DNA of 62,196 bases from Planctomycetota bacterium (lineage in GTDB: Bacteria > Planctomycetota > UBA8108), in the NCBI GenBank assembly GCA_965659285.1, contig CBFHWB010000003.1, positions 1 through 62,196 on the forward strand, read 5' to 3'. The notes beneath the pieces are model-generated. The model had not been told where the DNA came from. It saw only the letters and a list, made by a program, of their open reading frames with translations, and ran no database searches. The position numbers and the translations under genes were made by a program. Shown here one piece after another: positions 46,901-56,288 of this stretch; the first letter of the stretch is position 1, and each line of letters opens with the position of its first letter.

Positions 46901-47788
46901 ATGGTTCGTTCAGTCGGTTTGTTGCTGTGTGTTCTTCTGGCGGGCTGCTCTACGCCGCTCTACAAGGCCCGCGCGTTGACGAGCCCGGGAGAGTTCACTC
47001 CCGGTATCGAGGGCCCGGCCTGCGGGCGGGATGGATCGATCTACGCGGTGAACTTCACCGAGCAGGGCACGGTCGGCAGGATCTCACCCTCGGGGAAAGG
47101 GGAGATCTTTCTCAAGCTTCCCGCTGACAGTGTCGGCAATGGAATTCGCTTCGACCGCGCCGGCAATATGTATATCGCCGACTACGTCAATCACCAGGTG
47201 TTCAAGGTCGCTGCCGGCACCTCGAAGCCGGTGGTCTTTGCGGCTGACACCACGATGAACCAGCCCAATGACCTTGCGATCAGCTTGAACGGTACGCTAT
47301 ATGCCAGCGATCCGAACTGGTCTGCGAAGACCGGCCAGCTCTGGAAGGTCACGGTCGATGGCCGCACGGTCCGCCTCGCCGAGGGAATGGGGACGACCAA
47401 CGGGATCGAGGTCAGCCCCGATGGCCGGATCCTGTATGTCAACGAGAGCGTTCAGCGCAAGATCTGGTCCTTTGCCATCGATTCCGAAGGCAACCTTTCC
47501 GGCAAGAAGCTCTTCAAGAGCTTCGAGGACCATGGCTTTGACGGTATGCGCTGCGATGTCGATGGCAACCTCTACGTTACCCGCTACGGCAAGGGGACTG
47601 TGGTCAAGCTGTCCCCGGCGGCAGAGGTGCTCGCGGAGATCGACGTGCTTGGCAGGAAGCCGAGCAACATCTGCTTCGGCGGTCCGGATGGCCGCACCGC
47701 CTACGTTACCGAGGTGGAGCACAGACGAATTGTCTCCTTCCGTGTCGAGAGGCCCGGGGCGGCCTGGAACCGCCTGTTCAATAAATGA
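46901..47788 (+). CDS. SMP-30/gluconolactonase/LRE-family protein (lipoprotein signal)
   Basis: ATG 46901 preceded by GGAG. LLLCVLLAGCS lipobox. Beta-propeller motifs (PNDLAIS, TNGIEVSPDG, DGMRCDVDGNLYV, PSNICFGG). Confidence 0.85.
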   Translation: MVRSVGLLLCVLLAGCSTPLYKARALTSPGEFTPGIEGPACGRDGSIYAVNFTEQGTVGRISPSGKGEIFLKLPADSVGNGIRFDRAGNMYIADYVNHQVFKVAAGTSKPVVFAADTTMNQPNDLAISLNGTLYASDPNWSAKTGQLWKVTVDGRTVRLAEGMGTTNGIEVSPDGRILYVNESVQRKIWSFAIDSEGNLSGKKLFKSFEDHGFDGMRCDVDGNLYVTRYGKGTVVKLSPAAEVLAEIDVLGRKPSNICFGGPDGRTAYVTEVEHRRIVSFRVERPGAAWNRLFNK

Positions 47789-47921
47789 CGGGTCCAAAGA
47801 GCCCCTCGGCGAGGAGGTCTGCCATTTCTCTTTCCGCGGTGATAGTGAAAGTTCACAACAGACGCCATTTTCAGCCCGCATCGTCGTCGGCTGATCCTTA
47901 CCAGATGAAGAAAGAAGTCCT

Positions 47922-48953
47922 ATGAAAACAGTCCTGGCCGCCGCAGCGCTATTTGTCGCCATCCTTCCCTCGATGGCTTGGTCTCAGAATACCACCAACT
48001 TCGCCAGGATCGGCCGCGTCGACCGCTTCGATTCGTCCCTGGATGGGTTGATCTCAAAGGATGCCGTCATCGAGGTTCTCTGCGGCGGGTTTGACTGGGC
48101 CGAGGGGCCGGTCTGGATTCCGGAGAAGGGCAACAAGTTCGGCGGCTACGTGTTGTTTTCGGATATTCCGCCCAACTCGGTCATCAAGTGGCAGGAGGGC
48201 GTCGGGTCATCGGTCTTCCTCAAGCCCTCCGGCTATACGGGGGCGGCGGATTACGGCCGCGAGCCCGGCAGCAACGGACTGGCACTTGATGCGAAGGGTC
48301 GGCTGGTCTCCTGTGAACATGGCGACCGGAGAATCTCCGTGCTCACTGCCGGAGGCGGCAAGGTCACCCTTGCCGACCGCTGGAACGGCAAGCGCTTCAA
48401 CAGTCCGAACGACCTGGCGATCCGTGATAATGGCGACATCTTTTTTACCGATCCGATCTACGGGCTGCCCCGGAGGGAGAAGGATCCGATGCGCGAGATC
48501 GATTTCTGCGGTGTCTATCGTTTGCAGAAGGATGGGACGGTTACCCTGCAATCGAAGGAGATCTCCCGGCCAAACGGCATCGCTTTCGCCCCGGATCACA
48601 AGACGCTCTATGTGGCCAACAGCGATGGCCGGGATCCGGTCTGGCGGGCTTTTCCGGTAAAAGGAGATGGAAGCCTGGGAGCTCCCCGGGCCTTTTTCGA
48701 CTCTTCAAAGCAGGAGCGCATCTCTCGCGGAGGGGGGGACGGGCTGAAGGTCGATGCGAAGGGCAATGTCTTCGCTACCGGCCCCGGCGGCGTGCTGGTG
48801 ATCTCGCCGGGGGGAAAGCTGCTGGGCCGCATCGTCACTGGTGAGAGGATTGCCAACGTGGGCTGGGGCAACGACGGCAGCGTTCTCTACCTGACCTCGG
48901 ACATGTACCTGTGCAGGATCAAGACCCTGACCAGGGGAGCCGGTTTCAAATGA
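47922..48953 (+). CDS. SMP-30/gluconolactonase/LRE-family protein (second paralog, signal peptide)
   Basis: AEGPVW, SNGLALD, PNDLAIRDNGDIFFTDP, PNGIAFAPD, DGLKVDAKGNVF, NVGWG. Confidence 0.85.
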   Translation: MKTVLAAAALFVAILPSMAWSQNTTNFARIGRVDRFDSSLDGLISKDAVIEVLCGGFDWAEGPVWIPEKGNKFGGYVLFSDIPPNSVIKWQEGVGSSVFLKPSGYTGAADYGREPGSNGLALDAKGRLVSCEHGDRRISVLTAGGGKVTLADRWNGKRFNSPNDLAIRDNGDIFFTDPIYGLPRREKDPMREIDFCGVYRLQKDGTVTLQSKEISRPNGIAFAPDHKTLYVANSDGRDPVWRAFPVKGDGSLGAPRAFFDSSKQERISRGGGDGLKVDAKGNVFATGPGGVLVISPGGKLLGRIVTGERIANVGWGNDGSVLYLTSDMYLCRIKTLTRGAGFK

Positions 48954-48980
48954 TCCCGGCTCTTCGGCGCGCTGAGGCGA

Positions 48981-50063
48981 TCAGCTGAAGTCGGTGAGGC
49001 TTTCGACCGCGGCGGAATCAAGCCCCGCGATCAGCTCACGGACGAGTCGCCCGGTGTTGAGGTAGTCCTGCCAACTGATAAGGCTTACGTGGCTGTGGAT
49101 GTACCTTGCCGGCACTCCGATCACGACCGTGGGTACGCCGGCGCGGTGCAGATGAATACTCTTTGCATCGGTCCCGCCGCTTCGCCGCACCGCGAGCTGG
49201 ATCTCGATGTCCGCCTTTTCAGCGATCGCGGCAACGGTCTCGGCAAGCCGCCTGTTGGAGATCGCCGTGGGGTCATAGAAGCGGATCTGCGGTCCCTTGC
49301 CGAGGATAGCCTGGGGTTCGTTGAAGCCTGGAATGTCATCCGCCGGGGTGCCCTCGAGGACGATTCCCACATCGGGGGAGGCTTTTTCGCAGGCGGTCAC
49401 GGCCCCGCGGCAGCCGATCTCTTCCTGGGCGGCGCCGACGCCGATGATCGTATTGGGGTGGTCTCGCGAAGAGAATTCCAGCATAGCCTCGATCATGAGC
49501 CCGATCCCGACCCTGTTGTCGAAGGCTTTCGAGCTGAGAATGTCGGGATCCTTCAGCTCGGTAAACTCGGCGTGGGGGACGATGGTGTCGCCAATCCGGA
49601 CACCCATCCCGGAGGCCTCCTCCTCGTCGACGGCGCCGATGTCGATGTACATATCCTCCAGCTCGAGGAGTTGCTCGCGCTTTTTTCCGCTGAGAAAATG
49701 CGGCGGGGTCGAGCCGATGACTCCCGGCACCTTGCCGTCGGAGGTGACGATGTCGACCCTCTGGCTGAGGAGAACATGGGCCCACCAGCCTCCCAGCGGA
49801 ACGAAGTTGATCCTTCCTTCCTTCGTGATGCTCTGCACCATGAAGCCGACCTCATCCATGTGCCCGTCGATCATCACCCTGGGGGAGTCCGCCTCACCGG
49901 ATTTTTCGCAGAGGATGCTGCCGAGGCTGTCGTAGGAGAGCTCACCGACTCCCCCGAGGTTCTCGCGAACCAGGGCGCGCACTTCATCTTCAGCGCCGGG
50001 CGCGCCGGCGGCGAGGGTGAGAGAGCGCAGGAGGTCTTTCATTTCCTGCTCAGAGCGACTCAT
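48981..50063 (-). CDS. M42-family glutamyl aminopeptidase / FrvX-like peptidase
   Basis: IDGHMDEVGFMV, FDNRVG and AQEEIGCRGA motifs. Confidence 0.9.
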   Translation of the reverse strand: MSRSEQEMKDLLRSLTLAAGAPGAEDEVRALVRENLGGVGELSYDSLGSILCEKSGEADSPRVMIDGHMDEVGFMVQSITKEGRINFVPLGGWWAHVLLSQRVDIVTSDGKVPGVIGSTPPHFLSGKKREQLLELEDMYIDIGAVDEEEASGMGVRIGDTIVPHAEFTELKDPDILSSKAFDNRVGIGLMIEAMLEFSSRDHPNTIIGVGAAQEEIGCRGAVTACEKASPDVGIVLEGTPADDIPGFNEPQAILGKGPQIRFYDPTAISNRRLAETVAAIAEKADIEIQLAVRRSGGTDAKSIHLHRAGVPTVVIGVPARYIHSHVSLISWQDYLNTGRLVRELIAGLDSAAVESLTDFS

Positions 50064-50136
50064 GTTTTTATTCCCCTGCTGCTTTCAATTAGAGCTGTAC
50101 GCATCCGGGTTGGAGGGCGGTCCGGCCCGATGCCGG

Positions 50137-50520
50137 TCAGGCGGTTGTCTTCAGGCGTTCGGTGATGCCGTGCGGTCCCGACACCTGTCCCATGGGTACA
50201 TCCACGACAAGGCGTTCACCAAAGACACTCTGCCCGGCCTGGCAATACTGGTCAAGGTAGTGATCGAGAACCCTGCCGAGCAGCCGCTCGGAAGGCTTCG
50301 AGGAATCCGTCGAGGGGTTCTCGATGTGATAGGTCGTGATCTCTCTTCTGACCCGGTCTTTAATCGAGGCGCCGCGCAGGCCGGCCCAGGCGTGAATCGC
50401 TTTGCGTACCGCGGCATTGTGCCCGGTCTGAACGATTTCAGCCGACAAGACGGAGTCCTGGATCTTTCGGAGCGTCAACTCCAGAAAGACGATGTTTTCA
50501 TCCTGTATAGAGACCACCAA
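50137..50520 (-). CDS. hypothetical protein
   Basis: Only position and strand support it: it sits between panB and the M42 gene with similar codon style. I recognise no family. Confidence 0.4.
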   Translation of the reverse strand: MVVSIQDENIVFLELTLRKIQDSVLSAEIVQTGHNAAVRKAIHAWAGLRGASIKDRVRREITTYHIENPSTDSSKPSERLLGRVLDHYLDQYCQAGQSVFGERLVVDVPMGQVSGPHGITERLKTTA

Positions 50521-50643
50521 TTAACCTCGAAACGAGTTCAGATCGAGGGCCAAGCATGTCCAATCGGGTGGTTAAAATCAAAGGAAATTGGCGGGAGGGG
50601 TTGGCCCTGTAGCGAGCAATCCGGCGTCTCCGGCCGCGGAAAA

Positions 50644-51513
50644 TCAGGCCGGTTTCTCGGTGTGTTTTTCCGGGTTTTTTCCGTAAGTCTCGCTGGCAGA
50701 AGGGAAATCGCCTTCTCGAACGTCCTGGCAATAGCTCTCGATCGCCCTGATGGCCAGGGAGCGCAGCTCGGCATATTGGCGGACAAATTTTGGTTTTTGT
50801 CCCGCGCTGAGGCCCAATAAATCGGAAAAAACGAGGATCTGGCCATCGCATCCCGCTCCGGCTCCAATGCCGATAGTCGGTATTTCAAGGGTGCCGGTAA
50901 TCTGCGCGGCCAGCGGAGCGGGGATGCCCTCGAGCACCAGGCAGAAGGCGCCCGCGGCCTCCAGGGCGAGAGCATCATCGAGCAGGCGCTGGGCATCCTC
51001 CTGTATTTTTCCCTGTACCTTGTAGCCGCCCATGGCGTGGACCGACTGCGGGGTGAGTCCGATGTGCCCCATGACCGGGATCCCGTTGCCGGAGAGTTCG
51101 GACACCAGCCGGCTTCGGGAGGCTCCGCCTTCGAGCTTGACGGCCTCGGCCCCGGCCTTGAGAAAATCGATGGCGTTGGCGAGGGAGTCTTCGATGCATA
51201 CCTGGTAGCTGCCAAAGGGCATGTCGGCGACCAGCATGGCCCGGCTGGAGCCGCGCTTGACAGCCCTGACGGCTGACAGCATTTCCTCCATTGACACCGG
51301 CAGCGTGGTTTCGTAGCCCAGGGATGTATTCGCGAGGCTGTCTCCGATGAGGATCAGGTCAACTCCCGCCTCATCGAGAATCGAGGCTCCCAGGCAATCG
51401 AACGCGGTCAGGGCGGTGATTTTTTCGCCGGTCAGCTTGCGGGTCTTCAGCCCCGTCGAGGTGACCTTGTCTTCCGCGGGGCGGGGGTTGCCGGATTCGG
51501 GCAGGTGGCTCAT
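50644..51513 (-). CDS. panB: 3-methyl-2-oxobutanoate hydroxymethyltransferase
   Basis: [39 protein letters not shown] and KLEGG motifs. 4-nt overlap with panD. Confidence 0.9.
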   Translation of the reverse strand: MSHLPESGNPRPAEDKVTSTGLKTRKLTGEKITALTAFDCLGASILDEAGVDLILIGDSLANTSLGYETTLPVSMEEMLSAVRAVKRGSSRAMLVADMPFGSYQVCIEDSLANAIDFLKAGAEAVKLEGGASRSRLVSELSGNGIPVMGHIGLTPQSVHAMGGYKVQGKIQEDAQRLLDDALALEAAGAFCLVLEGIPAPLAAQITGTLEIPTIGIGAGAGCDGQILVFSDLLGLSAGQKPKFVRQYAELRSLAIRAIESYCQDVREGDFPSASETYGKNPEKHTEKPA

Positions 51514-51872
51514 GCGGTTGCCTCCTGTCGAAACCGGTTCTTTTCATCGACCATGATGATCGTGGGTTCATGGCCGCGGAGCTCGTTCTCATCATATTCG
51601 GCGTAGCTGGCGAGGATGACCAGGTCGTCTACGCGGCAGAGGTGCGCCGCCGCTCCATTGATACAGATGGTTCCTGAGCCCGCGGAGCCCGGGATCGCAT
51701 AGGTCGACAGCCGCGAGCCATTGGTGAGGTTGTAGATGTGGACCTCCTCGTGCTCGAGGATGTCAGCGGCATCCAGCAGGTCGGCGTCTACCGTTACGCT
51801 ACCGGTATAGTCCAGGTCGGCTCCGGTTACCCGGGCGCGGTGGATCTTTGATTTGAGAAGCCTGCGGTTCAA
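51510..51872 (-). CDS. panD: aspartate 1-decarboxylase
   Basis: [24 protein letters not shown], including the Gly-Ser self-cleavage site. Confidence 0.92.
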   Translation of the reverse strand: MNRRLLKSKIHRARVTGADLDYTGSVTVDADLLDAADILEHEEVHIYNLTNGSRLSTYAIPGSAGSGTICINGAAAHLCRVDDLVILASYAEYDENELRGHEPTIIMVDEKNRFRQEATA

Positions 51873-51976
51873 GGTTTTCTGTCGCTGCGAGTGGTTTTGT
51901 TACGGAAGAGAAACGGGCAGGAGAAGAAAATAAGGAAAAAACGAACATAAATCTAATAAATAAATGTTATGCTTAT

Positions 51977-51995
51977 CCATAGTTTTAAACTATGG
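51977..51995. promoter_or_regulatory. LysR-type operator candidate (perfect 9-bp inverted repeat, ATAG-N7-CTAT / T-N11-A)
   Basis: CCATAGTTT-T-AAACTATGG lies 20 nt upstream of the LysR start, in an AT-rich divergent spacer shared with panD. Confidence 0.45.
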
Positions 51996-52015
51996 GTAGC
52001 TGATGGAGCGTTCAA

Positions 52016-52879
52016 GTGGATCTGAACCGCCTGCGGGGCTTTTACACGGTTGTACAGCAGGGGGGCTTCACAGCCGCGGCGCGCCGTTTACGCCTCTCTC
52101 AGCCCAGCATAAGCCTCCAGGTGAAGAACCTGGAGCAGGAGATGGGGTTGCAATTGCTCGAGCGCCATCCGCGCGGCGTCACGCCCACCAGGGAGGGGCA
52201 GGTACTCTATGAGATGGCTGAGAAGCTGTTTACGACCGAGGAAGAGATCGACGCGGTCTTCAGTGGTCATGCGCAGTATGAAGGCACGAGCCTGACGATT
52301 TCGACCAACCAGTCCGTAGCGACCCACATGCTTCCGCCCCTGCTTGGGAAGTACAGGAGCCTTTTTCCCAAGGTAGAGATCAGCATTCACAATATGCGTA
52401 CAGCGGAGATTATCGAGTCGGTCGGCAAGGCGCGGACCGATGTCGGTATCATCCTGATCGATCCTCTGCGCGATGACCTCGAAGCTCGGCCGGTGGCGCC
52501 TTGTGAGATGATCCTGATCACGCCGGTCAACCATCCGCTGAGCCATCGCCGCAAGATCGCGCTCAGTGACATAACCGAATACCCGTTTCTGTCCTATACC
52601 CAGGACACCGACACCCGCCGACTCATCGATCGGCCTTTCGAGCATCAAAAACTGAAGATTTCCGCCGTTATGGAGCTGGGTTCAACTGACCTGATCATCA
52701 ACTATGTCAGCCTCGGCTACGGCATCTCCATCATTCATAATCTCAATATCGATGCGGTGCGCCAGGATCTGCACATCAGGAGCCTCAAGGCCTACTATCC
52801 GCGCCAGTACATCTACCTGGTTACCAGGCGGGGAGAAGAGCTCACCCCTGCGGTCAAGGGGTTTTCCGATCTGTTTTGA
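52016..52879 (+). CDS. LysR-family transcriptional regulator
   Basis: N-terminal HTH FTAAARRLRLSQPSISLQVKNLEQEMG plus a C-terminal substrate-binding domain. GTG start preceded by GGAG. Confidence 0.9.
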   Translation: MDLNRLRGFYTVVQQGGFTAAARRLRLSQPSISLQVKNLEQEMGLQLLERHPRGVTPTREGQVLYEMAEKLFTTEEEIDAVFSGHAQYEGTSLTISTNQSVATHMLPPLLGKYRSLFPKVEISIHNMRTAEIIESVGKARTDVGIILIDPLRDDLEARPVAPCEMILITPVNHPLSHRRKIALSDITEYPFLSYTQDTDTRRLIDRPFEHQKLKISAVMELGSTDLIINYVSLGYGISIIHNLNIDAVRQDLHIRSLKAYYPRQYIYLVTRRGEELTPAVKGFSDLF

Positions 52880-52972
52880 AACGGTGCGCAGCCAGCCCTC
52901 AGCTATTGATTGTCAGGCTCTGCTGGGAGAGAATAGTAGCAGGAACGACACTTGGAGGATAAGCGTTAGGCG

Positions 52973-53413
52973 ATGACTACGATCAGCAGGGAACAGAAAC
53001 TCTTCGGGCTGGAGGAGGCGAGAAACACTCTCCCCCTGGTCTCCAGAATTGTCAGGGACATCGTCGAGAAGACGGAGAGAATGAAGGAGGCCTATCTCAA
53101 GATTCGCCAGGAGGCTGAGGACGATGCCGACATCGAGCGCCTCGAGGAACTCCAGGACCGCCTCCACGATCTTGCGGATGAACGGGCCGGGTTTGTCGAG
53201 GAGCTTTCGAACCTGGGCGTGGAGCTCAAGGATCCCAACATCGGGCTGGTTGATTTTCCGGCGCGTCTTGAAGACAGGGTCGTCTACCTCTGCTGGAGGC
53301 TGGGCGAAGAGACCATTGATCACTGGCACGAGTTGACATCGGGTTTCAGCGGACGTGAGCCGGTCGAGGGCAGCTTCGAGGCGGCTCCGGCCGTCAACTC
53401 GAGCGAGGCTTGA
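52973..53413 (+). CDS. DUF2203-like protein
   Basis: The N-terminal KLFGLEEARNTLPLVSRIV motif and ~140 aa helical layout match my recollection of DUF2203. Confidence 0.55.
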   Translation: MTTISREQKLFGLEEARNTLPLVSRIVRDIVEKTERMKEAYLKIRQEAEDDADIERLEELQDRLHDLADERAGFVEELSNLGVELKDPNIGLVDFPARLEDRVVYLCWRLGEETIDHWHELTSGFSGREPVEGSFEAAPAVNSSEA

Positions 53414-53420
53414 GTCTCGG

Positions 53421-53993
53421 TCAATCCTTCGCGCGGCTGATGAACTTTCCGTTTGTCGTATCGACCCGAACATTCTCCCCGCTGGATATATGCTCGGGAA
53501 CCTGGATCACCAGGCCGGTTTCGAGGGTGGCATTTTTCTGTCTTGCGGTCGCGGAGTTTCCCTTCACCGCCGGATCGCATTCGGTGATGACAATGTCCAC
53601 CGTCAGGGGCAGCTCGATTCCGATCACCTCGTCTTCCAGGACGAGGGAGCGAATGCCCTCAAGGTTGTCGGTCAGGTAGCCGGCCTCTTGACTGTAACCA
53701 TCGATCGGCAGAGCAAATTGATCATAGCTGTCCATGTCCATGAAGTGCAGGTCGCTGGGGTCCCGGTAGAGGAACTGTACATGCCGTTTTTCGAAGTCCG
53801 GCTCGCTTGCCGTATCTCCGCTGCGGAAGGCTTTGTCGACCTTCTGCCTGGTTCGAAGGTTCCTTGCGCGAACTTTCCAGATGGTGTTTCCGCCGCGCGA
53901 TGACGGGGTTTGCATGACGATCTTTTCGATCAGGCAGGGCTGACCATCGATATCGATGATCTGGCCTCTCTTGAACTCTCCGGGATTCAGCAT
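53421..53993 (-). CDS. efpL: elongation factor P-like protein (YeiP/EfpL family)
   Basis: Tip loop QTPSSRGGNT with Arg (YeiP type, not the KPGKG of EF-P). C-terminal SATARQKNATLETGLVIQVPEHISSGENVRV closely parallels E. coli YeiP as I recall it. Confidence 0.8.
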   Translation of the reverse strand: MLNPGEFKRGQIIDIDGQPCLIEKIVMQTPSSRGGNTIWKVRARNLRTRQKVDKAFRSGDTASEPDFEKRHVQFLYRDPSDLHFMDMDSYDQFALPIDGYSQEAGYLTDNLEGIRSLVLEDEVIGIELPLTVDIVITECDPAVKGNSATARQKNATLETGLVIQVPEHISSGENVRVDTTNGKFISRAKD

Positions 53994-54103
53994 GTCACTC
54001 CAGGTCTCTCTGAACGTTATGGACGATCCACATTCAGTACCAAATGATACGATAGATCACGCCTGTTGAAGAGAGCTTCTTTACCAACCGGCCGGCTGGC
54101 GGA

Positions 54104-55075
54104 TCAGCCCGTCATTTTGACCGCGGCTCCGCGGCTGAGGGGGCGGGTAATCACGACCTCTTCCCGGCCCAGCCTGAATCGTTTCCGGAGCTCTTCCGCG
54201 GCCGTTTCAGCTTCCTGTCGGCCGGGCAGGAGAGCGTAGAGGGTAGGTCCCCAGGAACTCTGGCCGACGCCCTCGATACCCGTCTCAAGCAGGTATTCCG
54301 CCGCCTGGGCCGCCAGGGCGGTAGAGAAGACTCCGCCCTGGGCTTCCTGGAAGGGCCGGCCGGCGATGAGCCCGAATTCATGGAGAGCCCGGGAGAAAAC
54401 AGGCCAGTCCCCTCTCCGGCCAGCCGGCACCAGGGTCTCTTCCAGCAGGGCTTCGAGTTGGGCCACGGTCTGCTCGGCGACAGGCTCGAGTTTTGTAAAG
54501 CACTCGGCTTCCTGTCGGCCGCTCAGACCCCGGTGCCCGGGGGCTATCACGAGGACGAAACGCCAGGCCTCGGGCAGCTCGATCCGATGACGCAGGGGAG
54601 AGAGCCCCGCCTCCTCGAGTTTTCCGTCATCAACGAGGAATCCGCCATTTTCGAAGCCGTGTACGCCGATGGAGGAGCGCCGCCCGCGGCCGGTTCGTCC
54701 GGCGATGGTCTCGAGGTCTCCTTCAAGACCGAGCAGGTTCGAGCAGGCGCTCGAGACGGCCATTCCAAGCTGCGTTCCTGTACCGAGCCCGAGATGGTCC
54801 GCGGGGCAGGCGGCAAGCTTGATGTCGAAGTGAGCCCGGCAGCCGGTCGCTTCTCGGTACCGGTGGATGAACTCCCCGAGGCGCTTCTCCATTCCCTGCG
54901 TTGCGGTGACCCGGTCGGTTGCCTCGGCGAGCCGGGCGGTCATGCGGATACCGGGAGCATCGACCATCACGCCGGCGCCGGCGTAGAGCCTGCCGCTGGC
55001 GCCCACCGGGTCGATGAGTCCGAAGTGAAGCCGGCTTCCAGTCTCGATGGTTACGCTGCGGTCTGACGAGCTCAC
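54104..55075 (-). CDS. mptG: beta-ribofuranosylaminobenzene 5'-phosphate (beta-RFAP) synthase, GHMP-kinase fold
   Basis: GSRLHFGLIDP, HLGLGTGTQLGMAV and GRTGRGRRSSIGVHGFENGGFLVDDG parallel the archaeal RFAP synthase blocks. GTGA overlap with the upstream gene. Confidence 0.75.
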   Translation of the reverse strand: MSSSDRSVTIETGSRLHFGLIDPVGASGRLYAGAGVMVDAPGIRMTARLAEATDRVTATQGMEKRLGEFIHRYREATGCRAHFDIKLAACPADHLGLGTGTQLGMAVSSACSNLLGLEGDLETIAGRTGRGRRSSIGVHGFENGGFLVDDGKLEEAGLSPLRHRIELPEAWRFVLVIAPGHRGLSGRQEAECFTKLEPVAEQTVAQLEALLEETLVPAGRRGDWPVFSRALHEFGLIAGRPFQEAQGGVFSTALAAQAAEYLLETGIEGVGQSSWGPTLYALLPGRQEAETAAEELRKRFRLGREEVVITRPLSRGAAVKMTG

Positions 55076-55692
55076 CGGGCCTCGTCCCCGTCGGCTTGCC
55101 GCTCACCAGCCTTTTCTACATAGCCTCGCAAAAGTGAGAAGGCTCGCTGTTCCGCTTCGGCGCCTGTTTTATCGACGAGAACCTGGAGGTCATCCAGTTG
55201 CCGCAGGATGTCCCCTGGCGGCAGGAAGGCAGTGCGGCTGGCGAGAATAGCGGCCTCGAGCACCGCGTTGCGCGCCCGGTTGAACCCCAGCAGGTCGCGA
55301 AGCTTCTCGCTGTGGACGACCCGGCACTGGATGCGAGTTCGCTCTTCACTGTCGTCCAACTCCTCGACGCGAAATTCATAGAAGCGGCAGGCGCTCTCGA
55401 TGTAGCGGCCCTGGATCTCCCTGGCCGCGTTGAGGGGAGTCTCGACCTGGCCAATGGTCGCCCTGGCGATCAGCTCCACATCATCGGTGATATGGAAGAC
55501 GCCCTCCCCATGGCGCTTGAGGTTGCGGTAGGTCCTGGAGGAGGTGTAGGGCTTCAGCAGGAGGGTGTCCATCCGTTCGGTGGCCAGCGGTCCCATCGGC
55601 GAGATGTTGACGTCTTCGTTCCGGCCCTCTTCATGGCTCGGCCCCAGGGTGGTGACGACGCCCTCGATAATGAGTTCTTCGCCGCCGGTCAT
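55072..55692 (-). CDS. DUF447-like (split-barrel, H4MPT-biosynthesis-associated) protein
   Basis: The N-terminal IIEGVVTT...VNISPMG pattern. ATGA overlap with pabA and GTGA overlap with the RFAP synthase gene. Confidence 0.65.
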   Translation of the reverse strand: MTGGEELIIEGVVTTLGPSHEEGRNEDVNISPMGPLATERMDTLLLKPYTSSRTYRNLKRHGEGVFHITDDVELIARATIGQVETPLNAAREIQGRYIESACRFYEFRVEELDDSEERTRIQCRVVHSEKLRDLLGFNRARNAVLEAAILASRTAFLPPGDILRQLDDLQVLVDKTGAEAEQRAFSLLRGYVEKAGERQADGDEAR

Positions 55693-56288
55693 GCGGTTTC
55701 CCGGGCGGGTCGGAGCGCGTCGATGCCGGCGAGGCGCAGGAAACCCTCCAGGAGAGGATGCCCGTGCTCTGTGAGGACGCTCTCTGGATGGAACTGGATT
55801 CCACAGACCTTGTTCACCTTGTGTCGCATCGCCATGATGAGACCATCGTCGGTACGGGCGGAGACCTCGAGCTCGGCTGGAAGACCATCTTCGCAGACGG
55901 CGAGCGAATGGTAGCGTCCAGCGGAGAACCGATTCGGGATGCCGTCAAACAGACCCTCTCCATCGTGGAGGATCTCAGAGTTTTTGCCATGGCAGGGCTC
56001 CACTCTCACGATGCGCGCTCCATAGGCCGCGCCGATCGCCTGGTGGCCCAGGCAGACCCCGAGGATGGGCAGCTCGGCGCCGCGCTGCCGGACAGCAGCG
56101 ATGCAGATTCCCGCGCTCTCGGGGGCGCAGGGCCCGGGCGAGAGTATCAGCGCGGCAGGGGCCCTCTCGCGAATGCCTTCTATGGAGATGGCGTCGTTGC
56201 GAACGACTTCGCAATCCTGTCCGAGCTCCTCGAAGTAGCGGGCGAGGTTGTAGACAAAGCTGTCAAAATTGTCGATGAGTAGAATCAT
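55689..56288 (-). CDS. pabA: glutamine amidotransferase component II of aminodeoxychorismate/anthranilate synthase
   Basis: MILLIDNFDSFVYNLARY, GPCAP, the GVCLGHQ catalytic Cys, and FHPES. The context (pABA feeds RFAP synthase) favours a PabA role. Confidence 0.8.
   Translation of the reverse strand: MILLIDNFDSFVYNLARYFEELGQDCEVVRNDAISIEGIRERAPAALILSPGPCAPESAGICIAAVRQRGAELPILGVCLGHQAIGAAYGARIVRVEPCHGKNSEILHDGEGLFDGIPNRFSAGRYHSLAVCEDGLPAELEVSARTDDGLIMAMRHKVNKVCGIQFHPESVLTEHGHPLLEGFLRLAGIDALRPARETA

Noticed and set aside
50521-50646. The panB stop is in frame with the downstream hypothetical ORF (possible recoding)
   Set aside because: Translating the spacer shows a second in-frame TGA at 50578..50580, so there is no single-stop read-through.
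50017-50820. 267-aa plus-strand ORF spanning the M42, hypothetical and panB gene ends
   Set aside because: It crosses three minus-strand genes and their spacers and has no motif. The minus-strand arrangement is co-linear and better supported.
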